Shown here piece after piece: positions 29,923 through 42,749 of a DNA stretch of 64,000 bases. Made by a program: the position numbers and the translations under genes. Origin of the DNA: Adineta vaga. Taxonomy: Eukaryota > Animalia > Rotifera. The stretch spans positions 6,634,001 to 6,698,000 of the forward strand of contig CP075494.1 of NCBI GenBank assembly GCA_021613535.1, in the 5' to 3' direction. Numbering within the stretch: position 1 is the stretch's first letter; every line of letters begins with the position of its first letter. Under the pieces are notes generated by a model. That model did no database searches. It had not been told where the DNA came from and saw only the letters and a program-made list of their open reading frames with translations.

Positions 29923-31576
29923 TTAGGGAGGCTCCAATCGAAAGGGATATTCTCCTGGTATAATCGTTTCTGTAGATGACAGATCTGAACCAAGATTTTC
30001 CATTTTCTTGATCTTTAATCGATCTGATTGATTCTAGCAAAAAATAAAATCAACGAAAATGAATTTCATAAAAAAAAATTATTTCTTTTACTTACTTTCA
30101 ATAGAGTTGAAAAATAATCAAATTTAAAAAGAAATACCGGTTGATCATCAATATAATTTTCTTTCGCTCCGCCTGGTCCGTTTAATGAACATGCTGCCAA
30201 GCCACATGTCAGCACAACATAAGCGACAATATAACAAAGCCAAAGTGTTAAATGATGATATCCAGGAATATTGATAAATTGTTCACACATCATCCATAAA
30301 CTTCTCCAAATTTGAACAACACTAACAAATGCAATCAAATGGAAAACATTTGAAAGTAATGAATAGATAGTTTGATGAGTTTTTTTCATTAAACATTGAA
30401 TTGTCGGTATTTGTAGAATTGCAAGAATGAAAAATAATGAATAACCAATTAGAAATGAGATTAACATTGACATTGATTTATTATCTGGATAGATATAAAT
30501 ATCTGAAAGATTATATAATCCACGCCAGGCAATCACTACAAATGGTGCTTCGACAATTTCATAAAGAATAAAATCAAATGTATACTGCCAACATCGACGT
30601 GTCTAAAATATACAAAATAGCATTTATGATTTATATCATTTGCTATTCTTCTCATTTACCGTAATCATGTATTTGGAACCAATTAAGAAATAACTATCGG
30701 TATCTGTTGCGATTAGAAATGGTGCTGAATTAAGATTATAAACTGATTTCATTAATAAAAGAATTATAACACTGATTAACGTTTCAATGACGAGTTGAGA
30801 CCAATTGTTACTTGTTAAATCGAGTAAATTCCATAAACCACGCCATTGATTAATATAAGCAAATGCCATAATTAAAGTATAGAATCTTGCCATAATTTGT
30901 CCAAGAAGATTTTTGTGATGTTTTTCATAGAAATTTTGGAGAGAATTTTGCATTAAATAGATGAAATAAAGGATGAAAAGGCCGAGAACTAGTGAAACAA
31001 GTGCACTTATATGTGGATGATTAGGTAAAAGATGTATATCAAGTAAATCCCATGCCCCACGCCAATGTATATTAACAAATGGTGTTATGATAGATGCTGA
31101 TATAAGCATATCTATGATGTAAAGTTTAATAAATGAACAATAATTCGATATTAAAGAATGATTTGAATCAATAGGAGTCTTGATTTTAATGTCTTCAGTA
31201 TAAAGAGGAATTGGATGATTTTTCTCATTAAGAAGTGGTCGTGCCAGACTTGTTTCACTACTTGATGTACTTAAATTTAGGTATGTTTCATATTGTGGTA
31301 TCATAAGAGTTGTGGATTGCGATAAATCATCTGTATTTATTGAATCATTATCATTTGGATGAATATCTACAGTTGAGTATTGATAAACAACGCCATTCAG
31401 TTGAGAAAAATCGATATCCGAAGATGGGGTGAGAAAATGATCTTCATCTTCGGATGGCGTTGTTGATCGAATCATTGACTGATAATCAGCTGAATTCGAA
31501 CTAGAACAAATAGAATATATATTTTGACGAAAACAAAAACCAATGTTCTAACTTACATGTTTATAATCTGTGCCAT
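29923..31576 (-). CDS. Fuseless-family multipass membrane protein
   Basis: Four family-type WRG repeats (HWRGAWDLLD, QWRGLWNLLD, AWRGLYNLSD, IWRSLWMMCE) lie between hydrophobic helices. The probable start is MAQIINI at 31576, and the last exon ends RLEPP*. Further 5' UTR exons are likely, up to about 31900. Confidence 0.8.
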
Positions 31577-34030
31577 ACAGCCAATAATACGAATACCAAT
31601 AGGTATAGCTGAAGGCAAAGCCAAGTGAATCTAAAATAGAAGCAACGAAAGATGGGATCCATAAAGAAAAATGCAATATTCAAAACGTACTTTCAATGAA
31701 TTCAGACAACGATGTGCATGGCATGACGTTGATTTCTAAATAGCGTCGACCAGAAATTTAAAAACATCCAATCTAAACAAAAACAAGTTGTTTTCTTTTT
31801 AAATTTTATCGACTAAAACTTACCGCCCAAGAACGTTAGTTCGCAAAAGAAAGCCACTCTATTAACTTATTGGAAGAAAATTTTGACAATAAAATATGCT
31901 TCTCTTTTCTTATCTAGAATATATTTTGAAGTAAAACAAGATGCTTGATAGAGAACGTCAGTCCGACTCGTAAATAAGTACTGACAGGATTATTAATATT
32001 GCTAGACAGGAAGAGGAAAAACAGGATTTTCTCGTCGATGTTTTTCCTTTGAAGCGTCAGTCAGTGCAAAAAAGAAAACAAAATAAGAAAAAGGAAAAGG
32101 AAAAGGAAAAGAACTAAAAAGAAGACGAGCAACAAAGCAATGAATATCGATTGGATAGATTTTTCTTCGCAATTATATATTGATGTCTTGTGATCTAACT
32201 ATTGACAAATAATATCTTTTGAGATTATATCAAAAATGAAAACTTTTATCAGAAATAAAATTAAAAAAGAAAAGCTAATTTTGTTCTCCTTTTCAAAAGT
32301 AATAAAGTTCTATTTATAGTGATGCTTTATCGTGTCAATAGAGGACTCTGTCAGACATTATAATCAAAATTGTTAAAAATTTCTGTCGTAGTGTGTTATT
32401 TTATCGTTTACTAGTTTAATACTAATATTGCATCGTAAAAGAGACGCGTCCTTCAAAAAGATGTCATTCTCGTAGTAGTTTCGTAATCACGAATCGATCA
32501 TGTGTAACTAGGAGTAATTGCCTAGCAATTATCTATTGATAATGAATAATAGTATGTACAGGTGTATAGCAATGATAAAAACAGAAAGGAAATGATAAAA
32601 GTATAATATGCGTTATTAAAATGTTTACTTGTATGACTTCTGATCGGACTAATGACATGAAATTTGATAAAAACTTGTCGCATATACTGGAAAGAAATGT
32701 CATACTGAAACTGATTATAGTTACTTTTTGTGAAATTTACAGACGTGAACCGAGTAATAATAGTATTTAAAATCTAATATTATGGAATGGATCGTTCTGA
32801 TAGTTATTGTTTTTGAAGATGATTATATCCATTTGAAAAGATCATCCTCTATATATCATGTTAAAATGTACGCGATTTGCCCTCAGAGTAAAACTTAAGG
32901 AAGATATGTCTGTGATATATCATACACGGATGATTTCATGAATAATCCATTATCTTCAATCAATGTTTGTGTCTTATGATTGTTTTTTGTACTCTTGAAA
33001 ATAAACAGAACCGATGTGATATACTACCGAATAATACCCATCTCGGATTTTGAATCCATATATCAATATGTTTTATCAAATTATATCACTGTGAAATTTT
33101 GAAAAGAAAGCGAGTGTTTCATAGAAAACTGTTTATATAGTTGTCATTTGAATTCATCGACACAAATGAAAGTTTTGAAAGATCAATCATATTACATGTT
33201 ATTTAGTCTTCCATGATCGATATCATCTATCGTCAATACATAAAGCTTTGATTGGTAAATTCGTATTTATGGATAGAGAAAAGTAGACATATTTTTTCTT
33301 AATTTGATGTTTCTCTCGTGAAGCATTCGATGGAGATCAATTATGATGTCATATCAAAAGAAATGATTTACATTACTTACATTATGCTCTCACGTGTTTG
33401 CATTTTATGACGCATAGTTTTTTTCCATCAATTTTTCTCGTAAAGAAGCCAAGTAAAAACGATCTATAGGTTTTTTCAACAGAGTAATGAAAACGAGAAA
33501 GACAAGTGACAATAGACATATGATCGCTGTTATAAATTTATATTATTGGGTTTTTCTTTATGTATTTTTCCATAAGGAAAAAAACCTTTCTGCAAACAAA
33601 TCGATAAATTATAAAGTACTGAAAATTCTGATTTTAAATAAAATTCTTTTTGTTTTTCTTTTTGTCACATTCAATTCGACATTATAAAATCTCCTCATAC
33701 TGACATCTCAAATCACATTCAGCATAACATGTATAAGACGTTTTATAAACCTATCTACTATTTCGATATGAATCAATAAAGCCAAATATTATATTTCATT
33801 TGATTCATCATACTACGAGATAAAACGTATGCATCACTTTTCTTCTTTTATATGTCGATGTGAAAGAAATTATAGTAATTTTAGACGATAATTAATTGTT
33901 TTCAAATTGAATACAGATCGGGAATCAGCACAAAAAAACTGATTCTAATGAGCAATATTATTTGACTTTATCGTTTAATTATAAGAAAAACATAATGTAT
34001 GTTTGTTTTTGTTTTAGAATAATAACATTA

Positions 34031-35446
34031 ATGTCTACTGTGACTACTTTGTCATTTCATACTATACCAGTTGAAATTGTTTACCGTATTCTCGATTATC
34101 TCGATGACGTTACTATTCTGACTTCTGTTCGAAATGTTTGTATGCGATTAAATGCAATTATTAATAGCTTTCATTATCAACAGGTAGATTTTCTCTCTAT
34201 TTTCAATTTGAAGTTGTCTGGCGATATCTTACTCTAATAATAGGTTTTTCTTCTTCATTCCGATTTCGCATTTTCAGGTGTCTTAACTAAGTTTTTTTTC
34301 TTATCAAAAGAAATGATGACATACAATTATTTGTAAAGTATATACCAACATATGATTATAATTTTTGTTTAGACTTGCACAGCACTTCACATTCGATATG
34401 ATCACCTTAGCACAAGCAAAGTGAAACGAATAGCAACAGCACTAACAAATGATACAGTAGAATAAATTCATCAATTAATCGTTGCATAAAAGATAATTAT
34501 ATATTATAGAGATACACAACACTAGATCTTTGGAGAGATCAAATTGATTATGTTGGCATACAATATCTCGCCGATATGTTACAATTCAATAAAGTAAGTC
34601 ATCTTCATAAAACCAATTGATATATTTTCTCTATTATTATTCAATACAGACAATTAATTATTTGAATCTTGGAGGAAACGGTATCAATAATCTAGGAATA
34701 AAATACCTCGCCAATGCTTTACACAATAATAGTGTCAGTTCTTTATTGTTTACAAATGTGAATGACTTTTATTCTTTTCGTCTAATATAGACACTTAGAA
34801 CTCTAGATCTTTGGTCTAGTGTAATCGCCAATGATGGTGCAACGGATCTTAGTTATATGCTTATTGATAACAAAGTAAGTTTTATTTCATCTTTACGTGA
34901 TGTATTTTCAACAGTATTATCCCACACAGACATTGGAAGTTGTAAATCTTGGAAACAATCTTATTAGTTGTATAGGTGCAAAATTTCTTGCCGATATGCT
35001 AGAAAAAAACACAGTAAGTCACATGATGTAAACATCTATTACATTTTTTATCTTATGATTTAATATAGACACTCAAAGTTTTAGATCTTTCTGATAACAC
35101 GATTGGTACTGAAGGTGCATCTCATCTGGCCATAGCGTTGAAAACAAACTCTGTGAGTTATACAGCTTGTTTGCCTGATATGTTTTTACATTAATAATTA
35201 ATATAGAAGCTTAGAACATTAAATCTGAGTAGTAATAAAATGATGCAAGAAGGTGTTACATGTCTTATCAAAGCACTAGACATCAATAAGGTAAGTTGTA
35301 TTAACTGTTTGTTCATCCGTATACTCTATTATTATTCAATATAGACTATTACAGCATTGAGTCTTCGAGCGAATAATGTTCCGAGCATGGAAATAATACG
35401 ACTCAAAGAATCCAAAGACTTTGATCCATTAAGAATTCAACTGTAA
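34031..35446 (+). CDS. F-box plus ribonuclease-inhibitor-type LRR protein (280 aa, 9 exons)
   Basis: F-box exon 34031-34183 (FHTIPVEIVYRILDYLDDVTILTSVRNVCMRLNAI). Seven 84-nt exons follow: 34373-34456, 34510-34593, 34650-34733, 34791-34874, 34930-35013, 35069-35152, 35207-35290, with consensus TLxxLxLxxNxIxxxGAxxLAxxLxxNx. Terminal exon 35345-35446. Confidence 0.9.
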
Positions 35447-35685
35447 AAACCTATTGACAGAGAATAACCAAAGTGCACGTGTGATTCTAACAGATCATTT
35501 TTCTTGTTAATGAATATTTTCACTTTTTCTCAATAAACAGTAACAATAATACAATAAGAACAAAAAAAAATCAAGATTGACTAATATAGAACTGTAGATA
35601 ATTTGGATTGTAATCTGACATAGATAAGGCAAATAAACACCGGAAAAATATCGAAGAGAATTTCTCGTTTCATTCATTCATTGAT

Positions 35686-38065
35686 TTAATCTTCAGTACC
35701 ACTGCTACTATCAAATTTAAATTTGACAGGAGATTTCCGACTAAACAAAACATAGTAAATATTTTATTAAAATGTACGATCGATACACTTACAAGTAGAC
35801 ACGATTGTCATTATTTTCATCATCGGAATCATTAGGGAAAAGACGAACTCGAAGTGGATCAGCAGCAACTGGAGGAGGTGGTGGTGGCGGTGTCCTAAAT
35901 AACAAGAGAGAAAAATAAGAACTTACATATTTTCTGTTGATTCTGTTTCTTTGTGTTAGAAGGCGATCTGATTCTATCTAACTCATATTTTGACGTTGAC
36001 GCTCTTCTCAAAATATGAAACTGTAACTTACAATTGTGAATGATCATGAATAGAGAGTTGTCTCATATCATCTAAAAGAAAAGTCCATAGAGATGATATA
36101 TTTTAAAGTTTCAAACAAACCGTCCGAATGTTCGTCATGATAACCACCATAATTAGGCGGTCGTTTAGCTTTTTTAGTCGGTGTTCGACAACCATGACTA
36201 ACTGGCGAATCATTTCCATTCATCGATGATATTGTCTATAAATCAATGAAAATAAAATTCTTATTTGGTTTTCTGCCGAATCTTACTTGTTCATGTCTTT
36301 GTTGATTAAATGCAAATGGTGAAATCATATTACAAATCTAAATAAATCATTATCAATAGAAAAAAGTTTAAAAGGAAATTACTTCTTCTCGAATTGTAGG
36401 ACTGTCAAGTACTTCTTTTGCCGATGGTCGTGTCTGATAATTCGAATGAATCATTCGAAAGAGAAGTTTTCTTAATTCTAGATCAGTTAGTACTGATGTA
36501 ATTTCATTTGGTAATCGTAATTCTCGAATATCTGTCCAAATATCACCATTAATAGGCATATCATAATCACTGACTAATTCCAATGCTGCTAAACCTAGAC
36601 TGAATACATCAGCAGCTGGTGAAATAGTTCCTGATAGAACTTCAAATGCTAGATAGCGTGCATCACCGTCTTGTGCTAATGTAGAAGACTAAAATATACA
36701 ACTGAGTTTCTTTTTATCAGAGAAAACAAGAATACTTTACACTTCGTAAATCATGTACAATACCAAAGTCACACAGTTTAAGGATTCCATCATTGGTAAT
36801 GAGTATATTTTCTGGTTTAACCTGAAGTTGAAAATAGAATGATTACAAGATAGTCCCTGAAACTATGAATACATACATCCATATGAACATAAAATAATGA
36901 ATGGAGAAAATCAAGAGCCTAAAAGATGAATTTTAATAAAAAAAAAACATACGAAATCAATTTGTTTTTTATACTTGACTTGTTTGATATAGAAAATGCC
37001 AGACCATTGGTTGTGTAATTTGATGTTCAGTAGAATATTCTAGTAAACTTTAGAGAGAAATTCGGTTTAATATAATAATTTATTTGTAAAACATACTTGC
37101 CGTGACATAGTTCAGTTTGAATGTATAAACGTTCACGTTCTTCCCAAGCATGAATAATTTTTAGAATATTCTGATGAGTTGCTAATGTTTCATGGAAACG
37201 AACTTCTTTTAATTTTTGATCACTAGAAATATAGATAGATTAAAACGAAACAAAACACGTATAAATCAATCATACCGATCTGATTTGCCACGAAATTTGG
37301 TTAATGAACGTTTAATTGCATACAATTGATTATCTTCTTTATGACGAACTTTGTAAACCTAAATAGATTGAAAATATATCATTCTATGTAAATCTAACAT
37401 ATGTTCGTAGAGGAACACACAAATGTTTAAATATGGATTCATAAGATATTCTTCAAGTAGTAATAATTGAAATGTTCAGTATTAGGAAAATCATGACTGA
37501 TCATCACGCAATCGATTAGATTAGTACAAGATTGAAATTCTTAGTCATGGAATACTCAGACAGAAATATAGTATTATTAAAAATACAAGAATATTTTGAT
37601 TAGGATTTCAATGAAATCTTACTTCAGCAAATGAACCACGGCCAAGACATTCTAGATGTTCAAAACATTGATCCCAATACGTCGATGGGATTGTTTTTGT
37701 ATAGTATGGACTTTCTAAAGCTTAAAACAAAACAAAAAACCACAACATATCTAATCAAATTGAAATTCAAATCAAAACCTACCAACACCAAATGTTTTTG
37801 AACTAACTGAAACAGCATTTGCTACCCGAGTAGCAGCCGGTGTAAAATATCGATAAACACGACATGAAACAGGTTTTGGTGGTTGATTAATTGCAATTCG
37901 TCGACGGCTGGCCTTGAAAAGATTTGAATGATTATCACATTGATAAAACAGGTATACTCGTACTTTTTTGCTTGAGAATACACGAAATGAACTATTTGAT
38001 GTACGCTCTGGTGAAAAGATTAACTCCGTTTCTGTAGTCATTCTTGTTTCATGTGATAAAGTCAT
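35686..38065 (-). CDS. Myt1: Myt1 (PKMYT1) Wee-family CDK-inhibitory kinase, multi-exon
   Basis: YWDQCFEHLECLGRGSFAE|VYKVR...YAIKRSLTKFRGKSDR...EVRFHE...AWEERERLYIQTELC...HMD|VKPEN...DFG...DGDARYLAFEVL...AADVFSLG...DMPINGDIWTDIR. Confidence 0.9.
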
Positions 38066-39128
38066 CAAAACAGAATCTTTGAAAATAAAGAAATAGAATG
38101 TAGAAGAGAAAAAAAAACATTTTCTTTTATATGGTCAATAACGAAGAGAATATGTGTGAACAACTATTGATAGTATTATGTTTCTTTTCAAAGGAAAAGC
38201 GATTTCATGCTTTTAACTGAGTTGGATGACGTATAATAAAGACAACTGAGAACAACTCAACCAATGATCTATTCTATTTTTTTCAATATGAACTTGAAAT
38301 ATATGTCATATATATATATTCTATTCATCCAGTTCTGATGCAGAGATATGCTAAGAAAAATGTATATCATATGGCTTCATTCCAATTCGATAAAATAAAC
38401 AAAGACATATGACAAAAAACAACAATTAAAATGTCTGTTTTTTTGTATGTTTACAGTTGTAGATATAGAACATATCAATGTTGATAGTAGAGACTGTCAT
38501 ATTAACAGAATTCTCTCCATTCAAACAATGATTGATATCACAACTGTTTCATATCTATGCTTCCGTCGAACAAATGAAAATTTGTTCTATTCAGTTATAC
38601 CTTGTGTATTTGTCGTCATTATATACAACACAAGAATACAAAAATAAAATCTAAAAATGACATATAGATATTTGATTTGATTTTGTCATCTCATTGTTTT
38701 TATAAATTCTATTATTAATTGTTCATATCACACACATAAAAAAAGAAAGAAAAAGAAAAAGAAAACTTTGCTTTTTTTCTTTTGTTCAAACAAAATTAGA
38801 AGGCAACAGACGGTGTTTGGTTTTTAATAATTAATAACACACACATATGACAAATAAGAGCAAGACACCGTATCTATACGTATGTCCGTAAATGTAATGT
38901 ACGAAGAGAAAAATAGAAGAGAACAACATCAATAATAACAACAGAGAGAAAGAGAGAGAGAAAAAAACCAAAGAAAAAATACAATTAGTCGAGCCCCGAT
39001 GAGCAAAAAAAGAGAGATTCTTTGTTTGTACAGGCGCAAATTAGAAAATAGGAGATAAATAATCAAGAAAGAAAAGAAACTTGCGCTCACAGACAACGTG
39101 AGACACACGCTTTTTTTAATTTTGAAAA

Positions 39129-42100
39129 TCACCAATATGTTGGTGGTTGTCCACCATCAACACTAAGATTTGACGGTGGCGCTTGTAAATCATTAAATTG
39201 AGATGAAAATTGTGGATCATTGGGTGGAAATTGTTGTTGAGGATCAGATACATTTCCAGATGATGCATGATAATGAATTGTACCCGGATGAAATTCACCT
39301 GGCGGTCCATTGGGACCTAGATTTTGAATATTTAACTGTTGAATAGACATCGTTGCAGAAACATAAGTATTATTTATCGATTGTGGTGGAGGAGGCGGAC
39401 GTCCATCATTGCCATGCATGGGATGATGAGAAGGATGCATATGTGGATGCATATGAGAATGATGATGTGGTGGTCCCATAGCAAAATTATCGTCCATCAT
39501 AGGTGAAAAACGCATATGCTGTTGTTGATGACCAGGTGGTAGTGGTCCATGTAATGAATCCATATTATGCATTTTCAGATAATGTGGAGGAGGTAAATGA
39601 TGAAGATGTTGTTGCATTGGATCAGATGATAATTGTGGAGGCGGTAAACCTTTTGATGAACGTGTTGGACCACCATGATGAGACATAAGCATTCCATTTG
39701 GATCCATCGAATGATGTGGCGGCATCATTTTATACATATGTGGATGTGGTGGAGGAAAATTTCCAGGGTGATGTGGATTAAAATGTGGTGGCATACAATC
39801 TGGTGGTCCTAGCATACGATGATGAGGATTCATATTCTAGATAGAAGAAAAAAAAATCATTTATATAAATTTTAAATTTAAGAAAAAAAACAAGCTAAAT
39901 AAACATACTTGAAATTGCATATGTTGTGGTGGCATATTCATGTGATCCATTGATTTCGACATATGTGGTAAATTTGGACTATTCATTGATTGTTTAGATC
40001 CTTGATGACTTGATGAATTATAAGGAGAATTGGATGATTGTAAACTATTTGTCATCTGAAGCATACTACTCAAAGGTGGTGCCATATTTGACGTTGGTGT
40101 TTTTGGATCACTATTCATATCTAATGGTTCGTCTTTGGTTGAATTATTATTTGACATCATTAATGGTGATGATAAATTATTATTATTATTATTTGCTAAT
40201 TTTGATGAACGTGGTGAAGCAGCAGGAACACTTTGTGGTGTCATTCCTTGTGAATGATGTGTAGGTGTTGTTGAACCGGATAGTTGTTGTTGTTGTGATG
40301 GTTGCCCTGATGATAAGACATTAGAATTATTATTTGGCGTTAAATTTGAACGTCCTGATGGTGTCATTGGTTCATCTTTACACGATGAAGATGATCCAGG
40401 TCCACCACTTGCTCCATTACCTGGTCGAAAAGCTCGATTTGCATGTCTAGTAATAATTAATTCTTCACCTTCCATACCTAAAACAAAACAAAGTAACGAG
40501 CAATAAATAACATTTAGTAAAAGATTTTAATCCTACCAAATTCATTATAATCCATTTGAGTTGGTGATGACGTTAGCTGTACTTCACCAATATTACCAGG
40601 TTGTTTTTTATTTGCAGCTGGTAAAGAATCTGGAATGAATTTTTCTGGTTGACCAACTTTATACAGGCGTGGCATTGAGGATGGATCCATTCGAGGTGAA
40701 ATTAATTTACCATTTGGTCCTAAGTTACCGCCTATTGATGTTGTTGCAATTGGTGGTGTTAGTGATGATGGTGATGTTGAACAATATGGTGGTGGATGTC
40801 CACGCATCTGTTGAGCTTTACCTTCGAGATGTTCTATTTGCATTTTATTCCAATCTCTAACGGCTTGTGATTGTGGATGATGTGGAGGTAATGATCCATA
40901 TGGATCGCCAGGACCTGGTCCAAATTGTCCATGAAAACCAGGTGGCATTGGTCCATTCATATAACCGTGTGGTGGTGGTGGACCATTCATATCAAGCATC
41001 ATTCCATCGGATCCTCTCATACCCGGTGGTAACATATGAGGTGGTGGTGGTCCGATTCCCATCATATGGTGTGGTGGACCAACACCGTGTGGACTGTTCA
41101 TCATCATCATTTGTTGTTGATGTGGATCAAGTGGACCACCATTCATTGAAGGTGGCATATTACTAGCAGCTGCAGCTGCAGCGGCATTCGCTTTTCCTCT
41201 TCCACCTCGACCACGTCCGCCAGTAATTTTCGATTTAATTTCTTGTATTTTATCTAGTTGATTCTTTCGATGCTTTATTCGTTCAGGTGTTAAATTTTCA
41301 ATACCATCTGACGGTGATGGACCCATACCTGACATTGGTGGCATTCCACCCATACGCATACCAGGTGGTGGTGGTGAACCATTCATCATCATTGGACCAG
41401 GTGGTAGAAGATGACTTGGTGGAGGTAAACCACCAGGACCGGGCGTTAAACGACCGAATGGCGGTTGTTGTTGATGATAATGTGGATGTGGCCAATTTGG
41501 TGGTGGACCACCACCACCACCACCATTATGAAGTGGCATATGAGGATTATGATGTGGTGGACCAGGCATCATCATTTGCATAGATCGTGGTGAAGGACAT
41601 CCGGGTGGTGGATTCATATGCATTGGTCCGCCAAGTAACGAATTATGATTATTATTTGAAAGAGACTAAAAGAATAATAATAAACTTTATTCATTATCTA
41701 AGAGATTCCAAAGGGATATCTAATCGGTTTCTTATTCTTCTCTTCTTTTTGTTCTACTCAATTACAAACATTTCCCTTGAGTTTTTCAATAATTTAAATA
41801 ACATTTTTTGTTATTTTTATTATTGATTATAAATATATTTATTCGAATGTTAACTTACGGATAAATATTGAGTAGTACTTTGTAATGATTTATGATATTC
41901 AATTATGTTTGGATGTTCATTTTTTAATACCGATTCTGCAGCATCATTAGCTAGTTGTGTTGTAAATACGAATACTTGATTATTTGCTTGTAAAAATGGA
42001 CTATCACTGGTTATTGTATATTGATTTCTTGGTGACATAGACATATATGATGATGGTGGCAAAGATGGTGGATGTTGCTGCTGCTGCTGCTGTTGTTGTT

Positions 42101-42749
42101 GTTGTTGCAAAGATGGTGGTGGTGGAGTTTGTCGTGTGAGTAATGACGAATTTGGTGTCGTATTACCGGTATTCTGAGTTGGTGGGGCAAATTCGTATGA
42201 TCCTGAGCCAATATCATTACCATTTCGAGTTGGTGTCGATGAAGGTGGTGGCCCATTCGATAAAGCTATATAAAATAAATAGTGAAATATAGTTTTTGAG
42301 ATAATTTGACTTACGAGTTCCTGTTCTACTTAATGAGCGTTCTGAATCAATCTGTTCAGTTTTTTGTGGTTTAACAGAAGATGATGATCCAAAATCTACT
42401 GATGAAGGATCAACCAATTCCTCTAATTTGCGTTTATTTGTTTTATTATTTGTTGATCTCGATGAATAGATATCAGAAAATTGATTCATTGGAGAATTTG
42501 ATGGAGGATTTTGTTGATGAGAATCATTGGTATGTAATAACATTGTTGCTGAAGGTAATGTTCCACTGTCCATCCCATTATTAACTAAAAACTAATTAAT
42601 ATACGTATTGTTGAAGAAAAAATATATGTATAAGAAAAAAAAACAAAATAATACATACCAATACTGTCAAGAGACGATGATTCTTGTTCTTGTGTAATAG
42701 TTATTGGAACTGATGCAGCCGACTTCGCTTTTTTAGCGTTGTTTTTCAT
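39129..42749 (-). CDS. BCL9: BCL9/Legless beta-catenin co-activator
   Basis: HD1 (QVFVFTTQLANDAAESVLKNEHPNIIEYH), HD2 (ENLTPERIKHRKNQLDKIQEI) and an HD3-like segment (VRDWNKMQIEHLEGK) sit within P/G/M/H-rich low-complexity sequence. The probable start is MKNNAKK at 42749. Confidence 0.85.
42075..42108 (-). repeat. Coding (CAA)/(CAG) repeat giving a polyglutamine tract of about 11 Q in BCL9
   Basis: Read directly from the sequence; it lies just upstream of HD1. Confidence 0.85.

Noticed and set aside
29726-30040. 104-aa ORF as the fuseless C-terminus
   Set aside because: The phase-0 splice from the previous exon uses a different frame that stops at 29923.
34373-35290. ~140-nt periodic structure as a CRISPR-like or satellite array
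   Set aside because: The periodicity is fully explained by 84-nt LRR exons plus short GT-AG introns. There are no identical direct repeats, and the context is eukaryotic.
39503-41826. Several plus-strand V/D/M-rich ORFs
   Set aside because: They are antisense shadows of the CCA/CAT-rich BCL9 exons.
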